Assembly: GCA_044869795.1 (NCBI GenBank)
Contig: JBIOXT010000298.1
Coordinates: 1 to 37,015, forward strand
Origin: a bacterium
GTDB lineage: Bacteria; Sysuimicrobiota; Sysuimicrobiia; Sysuimicrobiales; Kaftiobacteriaceae
Reading direction: 5' to 3'
Length of the DNA stretch: 37,015 bases
The translations under genes and the position numbers were made by a program. This document shows, in pieces, positions 21,861 to 29,260 of this stretch. Position 1 is the first letter of the stretch, and each line of letters starts with the position of its first letter. Below the pieces are notes generated by a model that did no database searches, was not told where the DNA came from, and saw nothing but the letters and a program-made list of their open reading frames with translations.

Positions 21861-24746
21861 GTGGGACTCCAGGAGTACCGCAAGAAGCGACGCTTCGCCG
21901 AGACGCCCGAGCCCCAGGGCGGCACAAAGACCGCCGGCAAAGGCAACCTTCACTTCGTCATCCAGGAACACCATGCGACCCGCCTGCACTGGGACTTCCG
22001 CCTGGAAATGGACGGCGTGCTGAAGTCGTGGGCCGTGCCCAAGGGTCCCACGCTCGATCCGGATGAGAAGCGCCTGGCCGTGCCGGTCGAGGACCACCCC
22101 ATGGACTACATGGAGTTTGAGGGCGTGATCCCCAAAGGCAATTACGGGGCCGGGACCGTGATGGTCTGGGACATCGGGACGTACGACGTGCTGGAGGGCG
22201 ACCCGGTCAAGGCCTATGACAGCGGCAAGCTCACGGTCGTGCTGCACGGACAGAAGCTGGACGGCGAGTTCCACCTCGTACGGACGAAGATGGGCGGGCA
22301 GATCCAGTGGCTGATGTTCAAGAAGCGCGACGACGACGCGGAGCCGGGATGGAAGCTCCCGGAACCGTCGGTTTCGGTGAAGAGCGGACGCACGATCGAG
22401 CAGATCCGGGAGGAAGGAACCGCGCGGTGGCACTCCGGAAGCCCGGAAGCGAGGAAACGGGGAAGCGAGGAAGCGGGAACGCCCTCGAGAGTTCGCCAGG
22501 CCCCGGGCCCGAGGCCCCAGGCCCGGATCCTTAGGCAGCTGGGTCTAGACAAACCGGGCAAGGATTCATTCCCGAAAGACCTCAAGCCTACCCTGGCGAC
22601 CCTGGTGGAGCAGCCCTTCGACGACAAGGCGTGGGTGTTTGAGGTCAAGTGGGACGGCGTGCGGACGATCGCGTACCTGCGGCGGCGCGGGAGCGAGCGG
22701 GAAGTGGCGCTGCGGAGCCGCAACAACCTCACGCAGAACCGGCAGTTTCCTGAAGTGGTCGAAGCCCTGTACCGGCTCGAGGTGCCCGATGCGGTCGTCG
22801 ACGGCGAGATCGTCGCGCTCGACAGCGAAGGACGCGCCCACTTCCAGCTCCTGCAGTCCCGCATCCCGATGGCTCGCGATGGACAGCGGCCGAAGGTACC
22901 CGAGCCGCTGACGATCGCGTACTACGTCTTCGATCTGCTGTACTACAACGGGCACTCCCTGCTGGAGCGCCCTCTGGAAGAGCGGCGGCGCGCCCTCGAG
23001 ACCATCCTGCCGCCCGGCCCGGTAGTCCGGCTGTCCGACGCGGTGCCCGAGTCGGGGCGGGCTTTCTATGCGGTGGCGCACGCCCACGGCCTCGAAGGCA
23101 TCGTCGGCAAGCGCAAGGATGCTCCCTACGCGCCGGGGAAGCGCACGCCAGCGTGGGTCAAGATCAAGATCAAGCAGCATCTCGAGGCCGTGGTCGGAGG
23201 GTTCACGGCGGGGCGCGGCGCGCGCGGGAAAGCCTTCGGCGCCCTCTTGCTTGGCGCATACGACGACGCCGGCCGGCTGCAGTACATGGCGCACTGCGGG
23301 GGTGGATTCACCGATGCCGAACTCCGCCGCCTCAAAGGCCTCCTCGACGACCGCGTCATCAGGACCAGCCCCTTCGCCACCGATCCCCCGACCACGAACG
23401 ATGTCCCGACCTGGGTCAAACCCGAGATCGTGGTGGAAGTCGAATACGGCGGCTGGACACGGGAGGGATTCCTGCGGTTTCCTGTCTACAAGGGCCTGCG
23501 CACCGACAAGTCCGCGCGCGACGTCAAGCTGGAGCGGCCGGACAAACTACCCTGGGAACCGGGAACCGGGAACGGGGAACCGCGGAAGCGCGGAACCGCG
23601 GAAGCGAGCAACGGAGAAAGCAGGCAAAGGGGCAGGCGGGCGAGCGGGCAAGCGGGCCAGCCACAGATCGAGGCCAAGAAGTCAGGGGCCCGAAGCCCGA
23701 AGCCCGAAGCCCGTGAGTTCATCGAGTCCGAACTCGCGCGTGCGAAAGTCCCCGTCCAGTTCACAAACCTCGACAAAGTCTTCTGGCCCGAGCAAGGCTA
23801 CACGAAGGGGGATTTGATCTACTACTACCTGAAGGTCGCCGACGCGATCCTGCCCCATCTGGAAGACCGGCCGATCACCCTGCGCCGGTTCCCGAACGGG
23901 ATCGCCGGGCAGAGCTTCTATCAGAAGGACTACCCCGACGCGCCCAAGTTCGTGACGATCGTCAACATTTGGACGGAGAGCTCAAAGACCACCCTCGCCG
24001 CTCCGGTCTGCAACAACCTGCCGACGCTGCTGTGGCTGGCGCAGCTGGCGGACATCGAGATCCACACCTGGTTCAGCCGCATCACGCCGCTGCGGGGGGC
24101 TGAGGGCCCCCGTGCCGGGGTCGAGTTTGCGCGCTCGGAGACGAGCCGGCGCGAGAGCGTGCTGAACCGCCCGGACTACATCGCCTTTGACATCGATCCG
24201 TACATCTTCCCGGACAACAAACTGCCCCAGCGCAAAGGCGAGAAGGATCCGGACTACTCACGGCGCGGATTCGACGCCGCCACCGAAGCCGCATTCTCGC
24301 TGCGAAAGATCTTGAAGAGCCTGGCGCTGGAGAGTTTTGTGAAGACGTCGGGGAAGACCGGCCTGCACGTATTCGTGCCGATCGAGCGGCGATACACCTA
24401 CGAGCAGACACATGCGGTGGCCAAGACGATCACGCAGCACCTTGAAGCGCAGCACCCCAAGACCATCACGACGGAATGGGACACGGCCAAACGCGTCGGC
24501 AAGGTCTTCCTGGACTACAATCAGAACCGGCTCGGCGCGACCCTGGCCAGCGCGTACAGTGTGCGCCCCACGCCGGAGGCCGGCGTGTCGTGGCCGTTGA
24601 CGTGGAGCGAGCTCGAGGCGGGGCTTGATCCCCTGGAGTTTACCTTGCAGTCGATCCCCGAACGCATCAAGGGGCGCCGCGATCCGTGGAGGACCCTGCT
24701 GGCCAAACCTCAGCGCCTCGAGAAGCACTTGGGCATCAAAGCCTGA
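21861..24746 (+). CDS. ligD: DNA ligase D, three-domain form (3'-phosphoesterase - ATP-dependent ligase - polymerase/primase)
   Basis: 961 aa. PE domain: FAETPEP, HFVIQEHHATRLHWDFRLE. Ligase domain: adenylation motif EVKWDGVR and LEGIVGKRKDAPY. Pol domain: FTNLDKVFWPEQGYTKGDLIYYY, DYIAFDIDP, GKTGLHVFVPI. The two interdomain linkers are low-complexity. Confidence 0.93.
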   Translation: MGLQEYRKKRRFAETPEPQGGTKTAGKGNLHFVIQEHHATRLHWDFRLEMDGVLKSWAVPKGPTLDPDEKRLAVPVEDHPMDYMEFEGVIPKGNYGAGTVMVWDIGTYDVLEGDPVKAYDSGKLTVVLHGQKLDGEFHLVRTKMGGQIQWLMFKKRDDDAEPGWKLPEPSVSVKSGRTIEQIREEGTARWHSGSPEARKRGSEEAGTPSRVRQAPGPRPQARILRQLGLDKPGKDSFPKDLKPTLATLVEQPFDDKAWVFEVKWDGVRTIAYLRRRGSEREVALRSRNNLTQNRQFPEVVEALYRLEVPDAVVDGEIVALDSEGRAHFQLLQSRIPMARDGQRPKVPEPLTIAYYVFDLLYYNGHSLLERPLEERRRALETILPPGPVVRLSDAVPESGRAFYAVAHAHGLEGIVGKRKDAPYAPGKRTPAWVKIKIKQHLEAVVGGFTAGRGARGKAFGALLLGAYDDAGRLQYMAHCGGGFTDAELRRLKGLLDDRVIRTSPFATDPPTTNDVPTWVKPEIVVEVEYGGWTREGFLRFPVYKGLRTDKSARDVKLERPDKLPWEPGTGNGEPRKRGTAEASNGESRQRGRRASGQAGQPQIEAKKSGARSPKPEAREFIESELARAKVPVQFTNLDKVFWPEQGYTKGDLIYYYLKVADAILPHLEDRPITLRRFPNGIAGQSFYQKDYPDAPKFVTIVNIWTESSKTTLAAPVCNNLPTLLWLAQLADIEIHTWFSRITPLRGAEGPRAGVEFARSETSRRESVLNRPDYIAFDIDPYIFPDNKLPQRKGEKDPDYSRRGFDAATEAAFSLRKILKSLALESFVKTSGKTGLHVFVPIERRYTYEQTHAVAKTITQHLEAQHPKTITTEWDTAKRVGKVFLDYNQNRLGATLASAYSVRPTPEAGVSWPLTWSELEAGLDPLEFTLQSIPERIKGRRDPWRTLLAKPQRLEKHLGIKA
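22437..22484 (+). repeat. Six tandem 8-nt units (GGAAGCCC GGAAGCGA GGAAACGG GGAAGCGA GGAAGCGG GAACGCCC) inside the LigD PE-ligase linker
   Basis: Read directly. 48 nt, in frame, encoding GSPEARKRGSEEAGTP. Confidence 0.8.
23554..23715 (+). repeat. Composite of four short-period tandem-repeat blocks inside the LigD ligase-polymerase linker
   Basis: Read directly. Blocks: GGGAAC[C/G] x4 (23554-23581); GCGGAA[G/C]C x3 (23582-23605); degenerate purine-rich units; GGGCNNGC x4 (23630-23661); GCCCGAA x3 plus GCCCGTG (23688-23715). Confidence 0.8.
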
Positions 24747-24755
24747 GTGGACGGG

Positions 24756-25487
24756 TCAGGCGTCGCCGGTGGGCCGGGGTCCCCCGACGGCCAGCCTGCG
24801 CAGGAAGGGCTTGGCCGCGGCCAGCGCGCGGGCGCGGTGACTGATCCGGTTCTTCGCGGCCAGGGACAGTTGCGCCATCGTCTTTCCCTCATGCGGGATG
24901 AAGAAAATCGGATCGTAGCCGAACCCGCCGGATCCGCGGGGCGTGGTCAGCACCTGGCCTTCGCACACCCCCTCGAACGTCCGCACGTCCCCCTCGGGCA
25001 GGGCCACCGCGAGGACGGCGCGATAGCGGGCCGTGCGCTCGCCGGGCTGCTTCCCGCGGAGCAGTTTCAGGAGCTTGGCGTTGCGCGCGCTGTCGTTGGC
25101 GCCGTCCTGCAGGAACCGGTTGGAGAACGGTCCGGGCCCGCCGCCGAGCGCGTCGACTTCGATGCCTGAGTCATCTGCGATCGCGATCCGACCCGTCATC
25201 CGCGACACGGTCAGCGCCTTGCTGATCGCGTTCTCGGTGTAGGTGCTGCCTTCTTCCGGCAGCGGCGGGATCTGCGGAAAGGCCGCCAGGGAATACACCT
25301 GCACCGGCAGACCCTGCATCAACTCGATGAACTCGCGGACCTTGCCGTCGTTGCGCGTGGCGAGAACGACCTCCAGCGGTTCGCCGGGGATAAGCTTCGG
25401 CCCCCGGGCCCGGGGCTCCGGCCCCGGCCCCGAGCGGGCTCGTCGCGGCGGCGGCGCCCTACGCTTTCGGGACCGGTTGGAGGACAT
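24756..25487 (-). CDS. rdgB: XTP/dITP diphosphatase (RdgB/HAM1 family)
   Basis: Conserved core from [16 protein letters not shown] to FGYDPIFF...[11 protein letters not shown]. The only canonical in-frame start downstream of the long-ORF start is ATG 25485-25487. It adds a 37-aa Arg/Pro-rich N-terminal extension and overlaps rph by 29 nt. The start is uncertain. Confidence 0.78.
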   Translation of the reverse strand: MSSNRSRKRRAPPPRRARSGPGPEPRARGPKLIPGEPLEVVLATRNDGKVREFIELMQGLPVQVYSLAAFPQIPPLPEEGSTYTENAISKALTVSRMTGRIAIADDSGIEVDALGGGPGPFSNRFLQDGANDSARNAKLLKLLRGKQPGERTARYRAVLAVALPEGDVRTFEGVCEGQVLTTPRGSGGFGYDPIFFIPHEGKTMAQLSLAAKNRISHRARALAAAKPFLRRLAVGGPRPTGDA

Positions 25488-26196
25488 CGGCGAGTACGCT
25501 CTTCTGGTAGGCAACCAGCTGCTGGATTCCCCGTTCACCGAGGACGAGCAGCATCTGCATCTCGTCTTTGCTGAACGGCAACCCTTCCGCCGTCGCCTGG
25601 AACTCGACAATCCGTCCGCTGCCGGTCATCACCAGGTTCATGTCGACGCGGGCGTGGGAGTCCTCCTGGAAGTTCAAATCCAGGCGCGGCTCATTCTCCA
25701 CGATCCCGACACTCGTCGCGGCGAGGGAATCCCGGATCGGCCACCTGGTCAAGGCCCCGGTCTTGCGCAGGACCGCCAGCGCGTCCAGCAGAGCGACGTA
25801 GGCGCCGGTGATCGCCGCGGTCCGGGTGCCGCCGTCGGCCTGGATGACGTCGCAGTCGAGCCAAATGGTCCGCTCGCCGAGTTTCTCGAGATCCACCGCC
25901 GCCCGCAGAGAGCGGCCGACCAGCCGCTGGATCTCCTGCGTCCGCCCGCTGGGCCGGCCGATCTCACGCGGGGTCCGGTCCGTGGTCGCGCGGGGCAGCA
26001 TGCCGTACTCCGCGGTGATCCACCCCTGCCCCGCTCCGCGCAGCCACTGCGGCACGCGCTCCTCGACGCTCGCCGCGCAGATCACGCGCGTATCCCCGAG
26101 CTCGATCAACGCGGATCCCTCGGCGTGCTTCAGGTAATGCCGCGTGATCGCCACCTGGCGCAGTTGGTCGTTCGCGCGCCCGTCGGGTCGGCTCAT
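25459..26196 (-). CDS. rph: Ribonuclease PH
   Basis: 245 aa. Sequence: [44 protein letters not shown] ... [16 protein letters not shown] ... [23 protein letters not shown]. Confidence 0.93.
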   Translation of the reverse strand: MSRPDGRANDQLRQVAITRHYLKHAEGSALIELGDTRVICAASVEERVPQWLRGAGQGWITAEYGMLPRATTDRTPREIGRPSGRTQEIQRLVGRSLRAAVDLEKLGERTIWLDCDVIQADGGTRTAAITGAYVALLDALAVLRKTGALTRWPIRDSLAATSVGIVENEPRLDLNFQEDSHARVDMNLVMTGSGRIVEFQATAEGLPFSKDEMQMLLVLGERGIQQLVAYQKSVLADVLQPVPKA

Positions 26197-26241
26197 GCCG
26201 ACCCTTTCGCGGGACGGAAAACTGATTCCTTGACCGGCATC

Positions 26242-26264
26242 AAAAAGGCGGCGGCTGACCGCCC
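26242..26264 (-). terminator. Possible weak intrinsic terminator after the amidase gene
   Basis: The minus strand reads GGGCGG-TCAG-CCGCC-GCC-TTTTTG. A short 5-6 bp GC stem is followed by a T5 run, which is rare in this G+C-rich sequence. Confidence 0.35.
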
Positions 26265-26271
26265 ATCCAGG

Positions 26272-28002
26272 TTAGTTTCCAGCGGGGACCGGGTAGATTG
26301 CCAGGAAGCGGGTGATGCCGCGATAGATCGCCTGCGCCACCTTCTGCCGGAAGCTCACGTCGCGCAGGCGGACCTCGTCGTCGGGATGGGAAATGAAGGC
26401 GGTTTCCACCAGGACCGACGGGATCCCCGGCTCACGCAGGACGACGAAGTTTGCGGTCTTCACGCCCCGGCTGGGAATCCCCAGCAGGGCGCCCAGCTCG
26501 TCCTGGATCATCTGGGCCAGGGCGAGACTCTGCGGGGTCAGGTAGTACGTTTCGGATCCGTTGACGGCGGTCTGGGCATGGGCGTTGGCGTGGATGCTGA
26601 CCATGATCGTCGCCCCGCGCTCGCGCGCGACCTTCGCCCGGTCGAACAGGTCGACGAACACGTCGGTGTCGCGGATCATGATCGTCCGGATGCCGTCGGC
26701 GCCCAGCAGGTCGCGCAGGCGCAGGGCGACATCGAGGACGACGTCGGACTCCCGCAGCCCGGTCGGGCCGATCGCGCCCGGATCTTTGCCGCCGTGCCCG
26801 GGGTCGATCGCGACGATGTGTCCGGCGCGCGCCGCGGTGGGATCGGCCAGGTCGATCGTCAGCCGGCCGTCGGCCTGATTCACCAGATAGTTGGTCTTGC
26901 GCTTCAGCGTCACCACGACCCGCGTCACAGGCGGCTCGGCGGTGAATTGCGCCGCGCGGACGGCGACCACCACCGTGCTGTCGACAGGAATGTCCTGCTT
27001 GACGGGGACGAAGACCGCGTCGGCGATGTCGATGGCCAGGCGATCCGGATACACGAACTCCCGCACTTTGTACTGCATCGTGCCGGTTCCTTCAATCGTC
27101 ACGCGGCCGCCCGATCCTGCGGCGGCATACGAGACGTTGAAGATCTTCAATCCATCCGGCTGCAGCGGCGCCGCGGGCGGTGGTGCCGGTGACGGCGGAG
27201 TGACCGGCGGCGGGGCGGAGGGTCCGGGAGGCGCCGGGGGCGGTGGGGGCGCAGCCGATGGAGCCTTGGGCTGGAGCTCGAGGGTCACCAGGTAGGTCGT
27301 CGCCGACGAGGTCACCCGGATGTCCACCGGCTCGGTCAGGTCGAAAACGAGCCGCGAGACGTACGGTTTGACCTGGAATTGGGCGGAGCGCATCCGGGCC
27401 ACCCCGCCGCCGTTGACGATGATCTCGCGTTCTTGCGTGCGCAGCGCGGCGTTGAGGAAGTCCACGACGAGCCGGTCGGGGTTGGCAAGCACGTTCGATT
27501 CGACCTGAACCGGACCGGTCGCCTCCACCCGGACCTGCAGGCCGTCGGCGGCGCGCTGCACCGTGATGGCCGTGATCTGCGAGCTGACGTGCAGCGTGCG
27601 CTCGGCGTCCTCGTACTTCGTCCAGGCGCCGAGGGCCGCGAACACCGCCTGGACGGGGATGAAGACCCGGTCGGCCACCTGGATCGGAGCGGCCGGAAGC
27701 GGGCGGGGCTGGCCGTTGACGAGCGCGGTGGGATCGTTGACGCGCATCCGCACCGTGGCGCGGAGGCGGTTGGTGACGACGATGCTGCGATCGGTCTCGT
27801 AGAACGCAGCGATGGCGCCCATGGGCTCGAACAGCCCCACGATAGGCGCCATGACCTGGCCGTTGGAGAGCACGGCAGGCGCGACCAGGGGGATGTCCAC
27901 GCCGTTGACGACGACCTTGATCCCGACGGCCTGCGCGAGGGCGGAACCATGCGGCGCCCACGCGATCATCGCCGCCAGGAGCGCGGCTGCAACGACCTTC
28001 AT
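26272..28002 (-). CDS. N-acetylmuramoyl-L-alanine amidase (Amidase_3) with N-terminal Cu-amine-oxidase-like stalk domain and two AMIN domains
   Basis: 576 aa. Signal peptide: MKVVAAALLAAMIAWAPHGSALAQA. Stalk domain: VVVNGVDIPL...NGQVMAPI...VNGQPRPL...DRVFIPVQAV. AMIN 1: NPDRLVVDFLNA...RMRSAQFQVKPYVSRLVFDL. A Pro-rich linker follows. AMIN 2: YPDRLAIDIADA...VRAAQFTAEPPVTRVVVTL. Catalytic domain: VAIDPGHGGKDPGA...VSIHANA...ETAFISH. Confidence 0.85.
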   Translation of the reverse strand: MKVVAAALLAAMIAWAPHGSALAQAVGIKVVVNGVDIPLVAPAVLSNGQVMAPIVGLFEPMGAIAAFYETDRSIVVTNRLRATVRMRVNDPTALVNGQPRPLPAAPIQVADRVFIPVQAVFAALGAWTKYEDAERTLHVSSQITAITVQRAADGLQVRVEATGPVQVESNVLANPDRLVVDFLNAALRTQEREIIVNGGGVARMRSAQFQVKPYVSRLVFDLTEPVDIRVTSSATTYLVTLELQPKAPSAAPPPPPAPPGPSAPPPVTPPSPAPPPAAPLQPDGLKIFNVSYAAAGSGGRVTIEGTGTMQYKVREFVYPDRLAIDIADAVFVPVKQDIPVDSTVVVAVRAAQFTAEPPVTRVVVTLKRKTNYLVNQADGRLTIDLADPTAARAGHIVAIDPGHGGKDPGAIGPTGLRESDVVLDVALRLRDLLGADGIRTIMIRDTDVFVDLFDRAKVARERGATIMVSIHANAHAQTAVNGSETYYLTPQSLALAQMIQDELGALLGIPSRGVKTANFVVLREPGIPSVLVETAFISHPDDEVRLRDVSFRQKVAQAIYRGITRFLAIYPVPAGN

Positions 28003-28142
28003 CCGCTACCCCGAGTGTGCGCCCACCACCTGCCGTTCCCACCCCGCCGGCAATCGACGGGGCACGTATACCTCTCCCGGACCTCTTGGGTTCGCCCGAT
28101 CCGGCCTGACCTCCTCTGCTGCGACGGGAAACTCACTACCAC

Positions 28143-28225
28143 AGTTGAAAGTGAGAAGTTGGAAGTTGGAAGGTTGAAGCAAGGGTCCGGGACTCACGTT
28201 CAACTTCCAACGTTCAACTTCCAAC
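28143..28225. repeat. Head-to-head heptamer arrays: AGTTGAA AGTGAGA AGTTGGA AGTTGGA AGGTTGA on the plus strand, a 20-nt spacer, then GTTCAAC TTCCAAC GTTCAAC TTCCAAC (the same motif on the minus strand)
   Basis: Read directly. Left arm 28143-28177, right arm 28198-28225. The arms can pair as a long imperfect hairpin. The right arm ends immediately before the GAGG RBS (28226-28229) of the LLM gene (GTG 28238). Confidence 0.8.
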
Positions 28226-28237
28226 GAGGTTTTCTGC

Positions 28238-29260
28238 GTGAAGGTCGACGCGCACATCGCGTACGATTCGCTGGACGACGTGCCGGGGCTGGCGCGGGCC
28301 GCGGAAGCGCTCGGCGTTGACGGGATTTGGCTCAGCGAGACCGCGCACGATCCGTTCCTCGGTGCGGCGCTGGCGGCCGAGCACACGCAGCGCGTCAGCG
28401 TCGGAACGTCGGTCGCGGTCGCGTTCACCCGCAGTCCGACCGTGCTGGCACACACCGCCTGGGATCTCGCCGCCTTGTCGAACGGGCGCTTCATCCTCGG
28501 ATTGGGCACCCAGGTCAAGGCGCACATCACGCGACGCTTCGGGCTGGCCTGGGATCCGCCCGCCACCAAACTGCGCGAGACGGTTGAAGCGGTGCGCAGT
28601 GTCTGGGAGACCTGGCGCACCGGTGCGCCGCTACAGTTCCGCGGCAGATTCTACACGCTGACCCTGATGACCCCGTTCTTCACGCCCCCGCGGCACGACG
28701 CGGCGATCCCGATCGTCACCGCAGGGGTGAACCCGGCGATGTGCCGCGCGGCAGGCGCCGTCGCCGACGGGTTCCAGGTCCATCCGTTCCATACGCCCGG
28801 GTACCTTCGCGACGTGATCAGGCCGGCCATCGCCTCGGCGCGGCGGAAATCTGGGCGGGCCGGAGAGCCCTTCAGCATCGCCGCGGCGGTCTTCGTCGTG
28901 ACCGGAGAGGATCCGGCCGAGCGCGCCCGGTCCCGGGAGCAGGTGCGGCAGTCGATCGCATTCTACGCGAGCACCCCCTCCTATCGCGGCGTGCTGGCAC
29001 ACCACGGATGGGAAGACGTAGGGGCGCAGCTCAGCGCGCTTGCTGCCCGCGGGCGATGGGCCGAGATGCCGCGGCTGATCAGCGATGAGATCCTGGCCTC
29101 CGTTGCCGTCGAGGCGGCGGGGGACATCGGGACGACGATCGTGCAGCGCTACCGGGACCTGGTCGACCGGATTGGGATCTACGAACCATTCGCACCGGCG
29201 GCGGATGGCCGGTGGCGCAGCCTCATTGCCGCAGCAAAACAGTTGAAAGTTGAAGGTTGA
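28238..29260 (+). CDS. LLM-class F420-dependent oxidoreductase (MSMEG_2256/TIGR03617-like)
   Basis: 340 aa. GTG start with GAGG 8 nt upstream. Sequence: MKVDAHIAYDSLDDVPGLARAAEALGVDGIWLSETAHDPF ... GRFILGLGTQVKAHITRRFG ... FQVHPFHTPGYL ... FYASTPSYRGVLAHHGWED. Confidence 0.85.
   Translation: MKVDAHIAYDSLDDVPGLARAAEALGVDGIWLSETAHDPFLGAALAAEHTQRVSVGTSVAVAFTRSPTVLAHTAWDLAALSNGRFILGLGTQVKAHITRRFGLAWDPPATKLRETVEAVRSVWETWRTGAPLQFRGRFYTLTLMTPFFTPPRHDAAIPIVTAGVNPAMCRAAGAVADGFQVHPFHTPGYLRDVIRPAIASARRKSGRAGEPFSIAAAVFVVTGEDPAERARSREQVRQSIAFYASTPSYRGVLAHHGWEDVGAQLSALAARGRWAEMPRLISDEILASVAVEAAGDIGTTIVQRYRDLVDRIGIYEPFAPAADGRWRSLIAAAKQLKVEG

Noticed and set aside
25243-27192. 649-aa plus-strand ORF across rph and the amidase gene
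   Set aside because: It runs antisense to two confidently identified genes and through their intergenic terminator region. The translation is low-complexity and Arg/Gly/Asp/Pro-rich.
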